From Bacteroidota bacterium (GTDB lineage: Bacteria; Bacteroidota; Ignavibacteria; UBA10030; UBA6906): a stretch of 64,000 nt of DNA. Below the pieces are notes generated by a model. The model ran no database searches and was not told the DNA's origin. It saw only the letters and a list, made by a program, of their open reading frames with translations. This document shows positions 18,766-28,422 of the stretch, piece by piece. The stretch is taken from positions 16,567-80,566 of the forward strand of contig JBAVEL010000186.1 in NCBI GenBank assembly GCA_049587715.1, written 5' to 3'. The translations under genes and the position numbers were made by a program. Numbering within the stretch: position 1 is the stretch's first letter; each line of letters starts with the position of its first letter.

Positions 18766-20771
18766 GGCCGCGCCTTTCCTTTGTGCTCCAGCAGACGTCG
18801 GGCAGGGGCAAAAGAGGGATCCGCCCGGAGGACCTCCTCCAGCACGGTCCGGGCCTCCGCCTCCTGCCCGCTCCGGCGGAGGGCGACTGCAAGGAGATAC
18901 CCTGTTTCCGATCTCTCCTGCTTCCGTGCAGCCAGGGGGAGGGCCGATCGCAGGTACCGGGCGGCCGAGGGCAGGTCCTGCTGTTCCAGGGCAATCCCCC
19001 CCAGCATCCGCAGGGCCGTGAACGTCTTTTCCAGGCCGAGGGACCTCTCGTAGGCCTCGCGTGCGTGCTCCAGTCTTCGCTCCTGGACGTAGACCTCGCC
19101 CAGGAGGAGATAGGGAGAGACATTGAAGGGGAATTGGTCCATGAGAACCAGGTACTCCCGGGCCGCCTTTTCCCACTCCCCCGATCGACGGTAGTGTTCC
19201 GCCATGCGCACATGGGCCCTCTCCCAGGTGAGAGCCCCCCGCACCGCTGATTCACCGATCTGAGCCAGCGCGTCCTGTGCCGGGGGAGGAGGGGCAGGGC
19301 GACCCGGCGGAACAAAGGGCCAACCCGAGGTGAGGAGCCGGATGCGGCGCCGGGCGCACCACTCGTCCAGCTCGGTCACGGCCCTGCGTTCCCAGAGCCC
19401 GTTCTCGGGTATGGTGTCCCGTTTCGCCCAGACCGCCTCGTTCTCCACGAGACCCAGCGACCTCACCGCACGGGCGAATTCGCTCCCCATCAGGAAGTAA
19501 CCCCGGAGCGTGGGGTGGAGGTGTTCCAGAATCAGCTCGCGTCCCACGATGGAATCGGGCGAGGCGGCGGCAAAGGCCTGCTCCATGTCAACCACATGCA
19601 CACCGGGTGCGCGCCGGCGGAGAAGGGCCTGGTTGAAGCCGGAACTCTGGCGGAAGCGGAGGAGGTCCAGATCCCGCGCCCTCACGTATTCGGTGCGCGC
19701 CTCGGGTATCCGGCCAAGGGAATCGAGGGCACAGGCCGCCAGAAACCGCGCTCCGGCGTGCGTGCTGTCGATGTTCCGTGCCGCGCGGAAACAATCGAGG
19801 GCGCTCTCGGGAGACGACTCCAGAAGGCGCATGAGCCCTTCGTTCAGCAGGTCGTCGAACCGGTCCTGCATGGTGCCGGAGAGGCCGGCCCGCCGTCCCG
19901 AAACAAAGGGGGGTTGGTGCCGGATATTGGATACCTGCGTGGAGAGGATGACGGGAATGCCGCTCTCCCGGCAGAGTGCAATGATGCGGTCGGTGTTCTC
20001 CAGGTAGATGGAGAGGGCCTCCTCGTAGAGGGGACCGCCGAGGGGCACCTCCTGCCCCCGGGCAAGCCGTTCCATCATGGTTCCCCCGCCCTCCCCAGTG
20101 CCTCCGCCTTCTCCCAGGCGCCCGAGCCCTCCGTAGAGATCCCGGGCGAGTTGAAACACCTTCCAGTGCACCAGCCGCAGATAGAGACGGGTCAACAAAG
20201 CCGAGCGTCCCCCCGACTCCCGCGATGCGGCTCCCAGGGCGCCGTAGAACTCGTTGTGTCCGTCGTAGACGATCACCAGATCCGGTTCCCAGGGGAAGAT
20301 CTCGTCGGCGATGTCGGCAGCGGTGACGCTGTTGGTGGCTGTCATGCCCAGGTTGATGGTCTCGATTGTCTTCTCGGGGAAGAGCGCCCTCAACCGCGTC
20401 CGCAGAAAGGTGGCGAAGGAGCCCCCGTAGCCGTAGGGGTACCCCACCGTTGTGGATCCCCCGAGGAAGAAGATGCGGAATGTCCCGGGGGCCTTGGCGG
20501 AGGGGAAAAAGTCGTGGGACGTGGTGGGGGTGAAGTCCACGCGCGAGAAGTAGCGGGCCTTCACATCGGGATTCATCACGCGGAAGTCCCTGCCGCCGGT
20601 CTGCTCCGCACGGAACAGCTCCAGGTCCGGTCCGTAGCCGGCAATGCGAAGGACGGTTTCCGCCAGCACGAGCAGCAGCAGGGGGAAGACGAGCGTGAAG
20701 ACGAGGTACGCCCGTGCGCGGGTGCGCGGGATGGGGTGGGAGGAGCTCCTGGTGCGGCTCTCTCTCTTCAT
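18762..20771 (-). CDS. Membrane-anchored SGNH/GDSL-hydrolase-like domain + C-terminal TPR repeats (paralog B)
   Basis: Track ORF 18762..21272 trimmed to MKRESRTRSS.. at 20771. TM helix AYLVFTLVFPLLLLVLAETVL. SGNH blocks IFFLGGSTTVG, INLGMTA, VYDGHNEF, ILEHLHPT. TPR-like C-terminal half. Same architecture as paralog A. Confidence 0.65.
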   Translation of the reverse strand: MKRESRTRSSSHPIPRTRARAYLVFTLVFPLLLLVLAETVLRIAGYGPDLELFRAEQTGGRDFRVMNPDVKARYFSRVDFTPTTSHDFFPSAKAPGTFRIFFLGGSTTVGYPYGYGGSFATFLRTRLRALFPEKTIETINLGMTATNSVTAADIADEIFPWEPDLVIVYDGHNEFYGALGAASRESGGRSALLTRLYLRLVHWKVFQLARDLYGGLGRLGEGGGTGEGGGTMMERLARGQEVPLGGPLYEEALSIYLENTDRIIALCRESGIPVILSTQVSNIRHQPPFVSGRRAGLSGTMQDRFDDLLNEGLMRLLESSPESALDCFRAARNIDSTHAGARFLAACALDSLGRIPEARTEYVRARDLDLLRFRQSSGFNQALLRRRAPGVHVVDMEQAFAAASPDSIVGRELILEHLHPTLRGYFLMGSEFARAVRSLGLVENEAVWAKRDTIPENGLWERRAVTELDEWCARRRIRLLTSGWPFVPPGRPAPPPPAQDALAQIGESAVRGALTWERAHVRMAEHYRRSGEWEKAAREYLVLMDQFPFNVSPYLLLGEVYVQERRLEHAREAYERSLGLEKTFTALRMLGGIALEQQDLPSAARYLRSALPLAARKQERSETGYLLAVALRRSGQEAEARTVLEEVLRADPSFAPARRLLEHKGKARP

Positions 20772-21057
20772 GCGTGCTCCGTCTTCCGGGGTGCGGAGGG
20801 CTCCTGAAGGGCCCCTTCCGTGGAGGGTCAATATAGAACCTTTGGGCTGGGATTCAACGGAAGGGCCGCCGTTCGTTGATTTTCGAGCCCTTCTTTCGTA
20901 TGTTGGGCGTGCACCGCGGCGCGAGAATCCGTCCCCCCGGCACCGTGCGCGCATGCGGTCGCCCCCCAGCCGAAGTTCTCCGAGAGGCATGCCTCCGCCG
21001 GCGTTGCCGGGATGGGCAGAAGGGGAAGAATTGCGAAACCGAGGAAGGAGCAAGACA

Positions 21058-23823
21058 ATGAAACGATGGATCCGCGCAGCATGGCTTCTTGCGGCGGGGT
21101 TCTGGACCCTGCACGCCCAGGACAGCGTGGATGTTACGTTCCGGTATGCCGTGACTCCCTTCCCGACCGGGCTGGAGGTGCGCGGGGAGGCGGACAACTG
21201 GGGAAGCCCTCCCGCCTGGCTCATGCAGTACCAGGGCGGCAACCTCTGGTCGTATACCGCCCGCCTGCGCATCGGGGGACATCAGGGGGGCGGAGTCCCC
21301 GGCGGATACCAGTACAAGTTCTGGCACAACGGCATCACGGGGAACTGGCCGAATGATCCCCTCAACCACCATGTGAATACCTCGGACAACGACAACACGG
21401 TGGTGTATGTGCGGAATCCCACCATCTATCATTTCCTTCCGAACCAGCGGAGCGGTACCGTGGGCTCGGAGTTCCCGGTGATCAGCGCGTACCTCTATCC
21501 CGCGGTGGGAAGCACCCTGGATACCGGTTCCATCACGCTCACCATCGACGGAACCCCGTACACGGGTCTCGGGAGCGGATACAACCCGGCCGCGAAGCTC
21601 TTCAGCGTCACCTCGCCGGTCTCGCTGGCCGACGGGGGCCACTCCATGATCCTCCGGGCGGGCTCGAGCGCCGATACGGTCACCTTCATCGTGCAGGTGG
21701 GGGGGCCTCCGGTGGCTCCGCTCCCCCCCTATGCCCGGCACGGTGTGACCCTCCCGCAGCAGGCCTCGAACGATTCCACCACCTTCCGTCTGCGTGTCGG
21801 GGGAACCACCTACGTGGTGCTGCGGGTGGCCCCCCTGGGCCAGCCGGTCTCCTCCGCCCCGCCGGTGTTCATGCGGAAGAACCCCTCTTCGGATGACTGG
21901 TGGCTGAACGTGAAGCTTCCCCCCGGGACCTACGAGTACCAGTACCAGACGAGCAGCGGGGCGCTCTTCAACGACCCCTGGGGGAGACACACCGGGACGT
22001 TCGGCACCCGCTTCACGGTGGGACCCGAAGGCCTGAGTGCGGATGACTACGTCTGGAGGAGCACCTCCTACACCCGCCCCCCCCTGGAGAAGCTGGTGAT
22101 CTATGAGCTGCATGTGGGGGAGTTCGCGGGGGGATTCTACGGCCTCCCCGCGGGTCAGGCGGGTTTCCCCCAGCTGACGACCCTCCTCCCGTATCTGGAT
22201 TCCCTGGGTGTGAACGCGGTGGAGCTGATGCCCATCAACGACTTCGGTCTGGTGGGTCCATCGGGCCACAGCTGGGGGTACGACCACAACTCCCACTTCG
22301 CCCTGGAGCCCTCCTACGGCTCGCCCAGGGATTTCAAGGTCTTCGTGGACTCCGCCCACGCCAGGGGGATCGCCGTCATTGTGGATATGGTGCTGAACCA
22401 CCTGAACGACACGGGTCCCCTCTGGAAGATGCAGCCGGATGTCGGTGCCAACCCGTACTTCAAGGCCTTCAACGACCTCCGCTACAACGAGGACTACTTC
22501 GAGTTGTTCAGGGACATGGACCACTGGACCGATGAAACCCAGGAATACGTCACCGAAGCCCTGAAGATGTGGATCGACCAGTACCGGGTGGACGGCTACC
22601 GGTATGACCTGACCCAGGGAATCGGCTGGAACGTGAATGAGCCCACCCGCGGCGTCCTGGGGTGGGCCAACCGGATTGCGCAGGATTACAGCGGCGCGGT
22701 GTACCAGATTGCGGAGCACCTCCCGGAAAGCCCCGCACTCATCTACTACAGCGGCCTCACCGGAGGATGGCACGACAGCTTCCGGGATGAGATCTTCGAC
22801 GAAGCGCGGTTCCGGAACACGTCTCTTCTCGATTTCGAAAACCTGATTCTGGACCTGGGGGCCTATCCGGGGAACGACACCCCTTCCCTCCCGAACCGCT
22901 ATGCGAACAGGACCGAGCCGGTCAACGCGAACGTCAACCACGACGAGCAGTCCCTCATCTATGAGATGACCACCTTCCAGGGCGTGCCCCTGCCGGAGGC
23001 GCTCGTGCGCGACCGTCTCTATGCGGTCTTCATGTTCACCTCCCTCGGCATCCCGATGCTCTGGGAGGGGATGGAGCTGAGCGCCCCCCGGGGATGGCAG
23101 AACGACGGGCAGAAGCTGAGCTACAGGCCCGTGGAGTGGAATCTGCGCCCCACCGCGCGCGGACAGGAGCACCTGGGGTACTACCGGAGTCTGATCCGCC
23201 AGCGCACGCTGAATCCCGCCCTCACGCGTGGGACCCTCCGGAAGCTTTTCCGCTACAATGCCGAGAAGGTTCTGGTGTGGGGCCTGGAAGACACCGTCTC
23301 GGGGGCGCGGGTCATGGCCGTGGCCAATCTCAGCGGCTTCCAGCGCACCGTTGCCGGAGTTCCCTGGCTCGCTCCCGGGGCGTGGTACGACATCTGGACC
23401 CAGGCCCTTTTCCAGGTTTCCTCCGTCCCTCTGGATACCATGACGCTGGCCCCCTATACGGCCCGTGTGTACTCCACCCTGAGCGACAGCATCCTGTTGC
23501 CGGTGGCGCAGGACCGGGCCGCCCTGCCCCGAGAGCCGGCCCTCCGGCAGAACTACCCCAATCCCTTCAACCCGTCCACCACCATCCTCTTCGACATCGC
23601 GGCCGCGGGCGGAGTGAAGCTGGAGGTGTTTACCGTCGCAGGGCGCCGTGTGCGGACGCTCCGGGATGGTGCTTTCCCGGCCGGGCGGTTTGCGGCTGTC
23701 TGGGACGGCACGAACGACGCCGGTGAGCCCGTCTCCAGCGGGGTCTACATCTATCGCCTGACGGCGGAAGGCGGCGGGGGGTCGCCAGCGGTCCTGACGA
23801 ACCGCATGGTGCTCTTGAGATGA
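21058..23823 (+). CDS. GH13 pullulanase/isoamylase-type alpha-glucan hydrolase with N-terminal beta-sandwich domains and T9SS C-terminal sorting domain
   Basis: RBS GGAAGGAG. Signal peptide MKRWIRAAWLLAAGFWTLHAQ. LVIYELHVGEF and AVIVDMVLNHL, GYRYDLTQ are GH13 regions. C-terminal QNYPNPFNPSTTILFDIAAAGGVKLEVFTVAGRRVRTLRDG..GVYIYRL..NRMVLLR. Track start 20644 rejected. Confidence 0.85.
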   Translation: MKRWIRAAWLLAAGFWTLHAQDSVDVTFRYAVTPFPTGLEVRGEADNWGSPPAWLMQYQGGNLWSYTARLRIGGHQGGGVPGGYQYKFWHNGITGNWPNDPLNHHVNTSDNDNTVVYVRNPTIYHFLPNQRSGTVGSEFPVISAYLYPAVGSTLDTGSITLTIDGTPYTGLGSGYNPAAKLFSVTSPVSLADGGHSMILRAGSSADTVTFIVQVGGPPVAPLPPYARHGVTLPQQASNDSTTFRLRVGGTTYVVLRVAPLGQPVSSAPPVFMRKNPSSDDWWLNVKLPPGTYEYQYQTSSGALFNDPWGRHTGTFGTRFTVGPEGLSADDYVWRSTSYTRPPLEKLVIYELHVGEFAGGFYGLPAGQAGFPQLTTLLPYLDSLGVNAVELMPINDFGLVGPSGHSWGYDHNSHFALEPSYGSPRDFKVFVDSAHARGIAVIVDMVLNHLNDTGPLWKMQPDVGANPYFKAFNDLRYNEDYFELFRDMDHWTDETQEYVTEALKMWIDQYRVDGYRYDLTQGIGWNVNEPTRGVLGWANRIAQDYSGAVYQIAEHLPESPALIYYSGLTGGWHDSFRDEIFDEARFRNTSLLDFENLILDLGAYPGNDTPSLPNRYANRTEPVNANVNHDEQSLIYEMTTFQGVPLPEALVRDRLYAVFMFTSLGIPMLWEGMELSAPRGWQNDGQKLSYRPVEWNLRPTARGQEHLGYYRSLIRQRTLNPALTRGTLRKLFRYNAEKVLVWGLEDTVSGARVMAVANLSGFQRTVAGVPWLAPGAWYDIWTQALFQVSSVPLDTMTLAPYTARVYSTLSDSILLPVAQDRAALPREPALRQNYPNPFNPSTTILFDIAAAGGVKLEVFTVAGRRVRTLRDGAFPAGRFAAVWDGTNDAGEPVSSGVYIYRLTAEGGGGSPAVLTNRMVLLR

Positions 23824-26486
23824 AACCCTCCCCGGTCGTGATGTGCCCTGGCGCGTTGCGGGCGCGCGGGGCTGCCCTTGCCGCCTTTCTTGCGATCCTG
23901 TCCTCCGGGTTCTTTCCGATCGCAGCTCAGCCGCGCCCGGCGGGGGAAGGGGTGGAGTTCTCGTTTCAGGGCTCCGGGGGGGAAACGGGCGTCTCCCTTG
24001 TGGGTGATTTCAACGGATGGTCCGGCGACGAGGATCGCCTCACCCCCGGAGAGGGAGGAATCTGGAGAATCACCCGGACGATGCGCCCCGGGGTGTACCA
24101 GTATCTGTTTCTGGTGGACGGCCGGGAATACGTCCGGGATGCCGGCAACCCCGCCTCCGTGGAGAACTACAACGCGTCCTCCCGGAACTCGGTCTTCGTC
24201 CTTACGGAGGATTTCCGTGTGCTCTTGTCCCCCTCCCGGGACCGGCCGCTTGCCAATCCCGGGGATGTCTACCCTCCGGCCCCCGATGCGGGGACGCTCT
24301 ACCTCAACATCGTGTGGCACCAGCATCAGCCCCTCTACGTCAACCCTGAAACCGACGAGCTCCGCGGTCCGTGGGTCCGCACCCATGCCACCAAGGATTA
24401 CTACGACATGGCGGCGATCCTGCGGCGCTATCCGGACATCCATTGCACCATCAACCTGACGTCTTCCCTCCTGCACCAGCTTCAGGAGTACTATGTGGAT
24501 CGGCTCCGGCCCTTTGTGGACGCGCGCGCATCCCGCGTGGATGCCTCGGGCTTCCTCGCTGCATGGAAGGGGAGAACGGATCCCTGGATCGACCTCGCTC
24601 TCACCCCCGCCGAGGAATTCCGGGGCGAACAGATCGACCTGCTCTACCGGAACGCCTGGAATGCCTTCGGGATCAGCGAGGTGCAGATCGGGCGCTTCCC
24701 CGCGTATGCCGGCCTGAAGAAACGGTGGGAGAGCGCGGGTGATTCCCTTGCGGTGTTCTCCGTGCAGGAGATGCGGGAGATCAAGTTCTGGTTCTATGCG
24801 GCGCATTTCGATCCCGACTTTCTCCGGGGTCCCGTGCCGCTCCCGGGAGGCGGCCTCTGCAATCTGAGCGACGTGGTGGAGGAGAGATCGGACGGCACGT
24901 TCCACGTCCGGGTGCCCGTCACGGAGGACCTGTGCAACCGGATGGTGGCCGAAGCGTGGAAGGTTATGGCAGCCGTGGTGCCGGTGCACCGGGAGCTCAT
25001 GGGCGCTCCGGGGAGAATGGACGGGCAGATCGAGGTCATCACTACTCCCTTCTATCATCCGATTCTCCCTCTGGTGTACGATTCCGACCTGGCGCGCATC
25101 TGCCAGGGCGATGACGTCCTGCCTCCCCGGTTCTCGTACCCGGCCGACGCGGACGCGCAGGTGGAGAAGGCGGTCCGGATGTACCGGTCGCTCTTCGGCG
25201 CACCCCCCCTGGGCATGTGGCCCGGGGAGGGGGCTCTGGCCCAGGAGGTGCTTGGCATCCTGGCGCGGCACGGGATCCTCTGGACCGCCACGGACGTGAA
25301 GGTGCTCCAGCGCTCCGAGCCCTCCGGCCGGCCCAACACCACGCCGTACGGATTTTCCGCGTCCGCGGGGAGGGAAGACGGAACGGGAAAGACGGTCGCC
25401 GTGGTCTTCCGGGATACCGATCTCTCCGACAGGATCGGGTTCAAGTACCAGAACGAAACGGGCGAGGAGGCGGCGGAGGACTTTGTCCGTTCGCTTCTCT
25501 CCATGGCGCCCCGCAGGGGAGGGGAGGACGTGCTCATCACGGTCATCCTGGACGGGGAGAACGCCTGGGAGTGGTACCGGAAGGACAACGACGGAAAGCA
25601 GTTCCTGAACGCCTTCTACAGGAAGCTGAGCGTTCTCCACGCCGGGCGGCGGATTGTCACCGTCACGACGGCCGAGTATCTGGGGGGGAATCCGGCCCGC
25701 GGAGTGCCTCCCCACCCCCTGGAACGGCTGCCCCGCATGGACCGGCTCTGGCCCGGATCCTGGATCAACGCAAACTACGACACCTGGGTGGGGGAGCCGG
25801 AGGAGAACCGTGCCTGGGAGTACCTTCTCCGCGCGCGGCAGGATCTGGAGCTGTCGGGACTTCCGCAACCCGACCCCTCCGCCTCTCCTCCCGGGCAGGG
25901 AACCCCTGCCTGGCACGCCTACCGGGCATGGGAGGCGATGTACGCAGCCGAGGGTTCCGACTGGTTCTGGTGGTACGGGGCGGATCAGACCGCCCCCGCG
26001 GGAGAACAGCCGTTCGATGACGCATTCCGCACGCACCTGGAGAACGTGTACCGGTTTGCCGCCCTGGCCGGGTCGGCCATCCGGTCGCCGGGCTTCGATC
26101 CCGTGATCCGGCAGGGACACCATTCCGCGCCCGGACAGGGGGCCATGGCCCGCAGCACGAGGATGGTCCGGTTCGTCTGCGATGTGCGCGCGGTGGAAGT
26201 CCCGACGGCCGTCTACATTGTGGGGAACAGAGACGACCTGGGTGCATGGACCCCCAACGCCGTCGCCATGCGGGATGACGGCAGCGGGGGGGATGCAGTT
26301 GCGGGAGACGGCTTCTGGACCCTCGAGATATCCGTTCCCCTTGGAGAGGGGGTCGAGTACAAGTACACGAACAGCGGCGCGCGGGGACAGTGGGTCCCCG
26401 GCGAGGAATTCCCCTCCCGGCACCGGTCGGTCGTGGTTGCCCCGGGAGACGGGGTGCAGATCGTTCAGGACGTTTTCGGGAAGTAA
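23820..26486 (+). CDS. GH57-family alpha-glucan-active enzyme with N-terminal CBM48-like and C-terminal CBM20-like domains
   Basis: ATGA overlap with the upstream stop. Signal-like N-terminus. GDFNGWSGDE..YQYLFLVDGREY is an AMPK-beta/CBM48-like module. NIVWHQHQPLYV is the GH57 signature. C-terminal VYIVGNRDDLGAWTPNAVAM..EYKYT is starch-binding-like. Confidence 0.8.
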   Translation: MKPSPVVMCPGALRARGAALAAFLAILSSGFFPIAAQPRPAGEGVEFSFQGSGGETGVSLVGDFNGWSGDEDRLTPGEGGIWRITRTMRPGVYQYLFLVDGREYVRDAGNPASVENYNASSRNSVFVLTEDFRVLLSPSRDRPLANPGDVYPPAPDAGTLYLNIVWHQHQPLYVNPETDELRGPWVRTHATKDYYDMAAILRRYPDIHCTINLTSSLLHQLQEYYVDRLRPFVDARASRVDASGFLAAWKGRTDPWIDLALTPAEEFRGEQIDLLYRNAWNAFGISEVQIGRFPAYAGLKKRWESAGDSLAVFSVQEMREIKFWFYAAHFDPDFLRGPVPLPGGGLCNLSDVVEERSDGTFHVRVPVTEDLCNRMVAEAWKVMAAVVPVHRELMGAPGRMDGQIEVITTPFYHPILPLVYDSDLARICQGDDVLPPRFSYPADADAQVEKAVRMYRSLFGAPPLGMWPGEGALAQEVLGILARHGILWTATDVKVLQRSEPSGRPNTTPYGFSASAGREDGTGKTVAVVFRDTDLSDRIGFKYQNETGEEAAEDFVRSLLSMAPRRGGEDVLITVILDGENAWEWYRKDNDGKQFLNAFYRKLSVLHAGRRIVTVTTAEYLGGNPARGVPPHPLERLPRMDRLWPGSWINANYDTWVGEPEENRAWEYLLRARQDLELSGLPQPDPSASPPGQGTPAWHAYRAWEAMYAAEGSDWFWWYGADQTAPAGEQPFDDAFRTHLENVYRFAALAGSAIRSPGFDPVIRQGHHSAPGQGAMARSTRMVRFVCDVRAVEVPTAVYIVGNRDDLGAWTPNAVAMRDDGSGGDAVAGDGFWTLEISVPLGEGVEYKYTNSGARGQWVPGEEFPSRHRSVVVAPGDGVQIVQDVFGK

Positions 26487-26487
26487 C

Positions 26488-28422
26488 ATGCCCGCTTCCG
26501 GTCTTGCGGCTCTCGAGCACGCGCTCCTATCCTCGCGGAGGGGGCGCCGACGGGGACCCGTCTACGAGGTTCCTTCCCTCTGGACTTCGCATGGGACTCC
26601 CCCCAGGCGGCTCCGGGTGGATCCCGTTCTCCACTATCTTTCCCTTGTGCGGCGGATCCGCAGGCTCCGCCCGCGTCCGCGCCCCCGGATCCCGTCGGGA
26701 GGGGAGTGGAGCCGCGACGCCGTCGTCTACAACATGTTCGTGCGGTGCACGGCGGCTTTCGATCATAACGGGAACGGACGACTCGAGACGGGGGTCCGGT
26801 CCGACGGTTTCAGGGAGACCGGAACCTTCCTGAAGGCGATCGCCATGCTTCCCTACGTCCGGTGGCTGGGGGCCGACACCGTCCATCTGCTCCCCATCAC
26901 GGCCATCGGCCGGGACGGCAACAAGGGGACCCTCGGGTCTCCGTATGCCATCCGCAATCCGTACCTTCTGGACGAGAACCTTGCGGAGCCGGCTCTGGGA
27001 CTGGGTGTGGAAACCGAGTTCAAGGCCTTCATGGAGGCGGCGCACCGCCTGGGCCTGCGGGTGGTGGTGGAGTTCGTCTTCCGCACGGCTGCGAAGGATG
27101 CAGACTGGGTGGCGGAACACCCCGAGTGGTTCTACTGGATACGCGCGGATGTCTCCGACCGGGGCGGGCACGGCGCGGATGAAACCCGCTACGGTTCCCC
27201 CCTCTTCACACCCGAGGAACTCGGATCCATCCACCGGATGGTGGGAGAGCACGCCTTCAACGCGCTGATACCCCCCCACGAGATATACCGCTCCATGTTC
27301 ACCGACCCTCCCCCTGCGTCCAGCATCCGGAAGCGGGGGGATTCCTGGGTCGGAACCCTTCCGGGAGGAACCCTGGTGAAGATCCCCGGGGCGTTCGCCG
27401 ATTGGCCCCCCGACGACCACCAGCCCCCCTGGGGGGACGTGACGTACCTGCGGCTCTACGACATGCCCGGGTTCAACTACATTGCCTACAACACGATCCG
27501 CATGTACGACTCCCGGCTCGCGCAGCCGCGCAACGAAAACCGGCCCCTCTGGGACCGGATTGCCGGGATCATTCCCCATTATCAGAAGGCGTTTGGAATA
27601 GACGGTGTGATGATCGACATGGGCCATGCCCTGCCGATGCCGTTGAAGGCGGAAATCGTGCGCGCCGCCCGGTCCGTGGACGGCGATTTCGCCTTCTGGG
27701 ACGAGAACTTCTCGATCCAGCGGAAGAGCAGGGAGGAGGGGTACAATGCCGTGTTCGGCTTTCTCTGGGCCGACCAGCACCATCCCCCGCGGGTCCGGTC
27801 GCTCTGGAGGAGGATGGGCGAGGAGGGCTTTCCCATCCCCTTCTTTGCCACGCCCGAAAACCACAATACCCCGCGGGCAGCTTCCCGGGGCGGGGGCCTG
27901 GTGTACGCCCGCTGGGCCTGGCTGGTGAACAACTTCATACCGGCGATTCCCTTCCTGCACTCGGGTTTCGAGCTGGGAGAGACGCACCCCATCAACACGG
28001 GGCTGGACTTCACGCCCGACCAGCTCCGGAGCCTTCCTTCCGCCGGGCTCCCGTTGTTCAGCGAGCATGCTTTCCGCTGGACCCGCCGGCAGGCATTCCC
28101 CGCGTGGGTGCGGAAGGTTTCGGCCCTCCGGACAGCGTACAGGGGGCTCATCACCGATTCTGCTCCCGGCCGCTTCCGGCTGCTGCACGACCCGAACGAG
28201 AGGATCCTTGCGTTCGCCAGGGTTCCGGAGGGGGCCGGGCCCTGTCTGGCCGTGGTGACCAATATGAACTGGGAGGGAAAAGAGGCCGCCGCCACGCGGC
28301 TCGAAACCTCCAAGAAGGCGGTCCGGGACCTTCTCACGGGGAGGTCCCTGGCCGTGCAAGGGGGATGGCTGCGGAGTGAGCTTCCTCCGGGCGGCTCCAT
28401 TGTTTTCGAGTTCTCCGCATGA
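26488..28422 (+). CDS. Alpha-amylase catalytic-domain protein (GH13-like), apparently cytoplasmic
   Basis: Track ORF 26182 trimmed to MPASGLAAL.. one nt after the GH57 stop. Motifs AMLPYVRWLGADTVHLLPI, GIDGVMIDMGHAL, AFWDENF, FFATPENHNTP resemble GH13 regions I-IV. No signal peptide. Confidence 0.6.
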   Translation: MPASGLAALEHALLSSRRGRRRGPVYEVPSLWTSHGTPPRRLRVDPVLHYLSLVRRIRRLRPRPRPRIPSGGEWSRDAVVYNMFVRCTAAFDHNGNGRLETGVRSDGFRETGTFLKAIAMLPYVRWLGADTVHLLPITAIGRDGNKGTLGSPYAIRNPYLLDENLAEPALGLGVETEFKAFMEAAHRLGLRVVVEFVFRTAAKDADWVAEHPEWFYWIRADVSDRGGHGADETRYGSPLFTPEELGSIHRMVGEHAFNALIPPHEIYRSMFTDPPPASSIRKRGDSWVGTLPGGTLVKIPGAFADWPPDDHQPPWGDVTYLRLYDMPGFNYIAYNTIRMYDSRLAQPRNENRPLWDRIAGIIPHYQKAFGIDGVMIDMGHALPMPLKAEIVRAARSVDGDFAFWDENFSIQRKSREEGYNAVFGFLWADQHHPPRVRSLWRRMGEEGFPIPFFATPENHNTPRAASRGGGLVYARWAWLVNNFIPAIPFLHSGFELGETHPINTGLDFTPDQLRSLPSAGLPLFSEHAFRWTRRQAFPAWVRKVSALRTAYRGLITDSAPGRFRLLHDPNERILAFARVPEGAGPCLAVVTNMNWEGKEAAATRLETSKKAVRDLLTGRSLAVQGGWLRSELPPGGSIVFEFSA

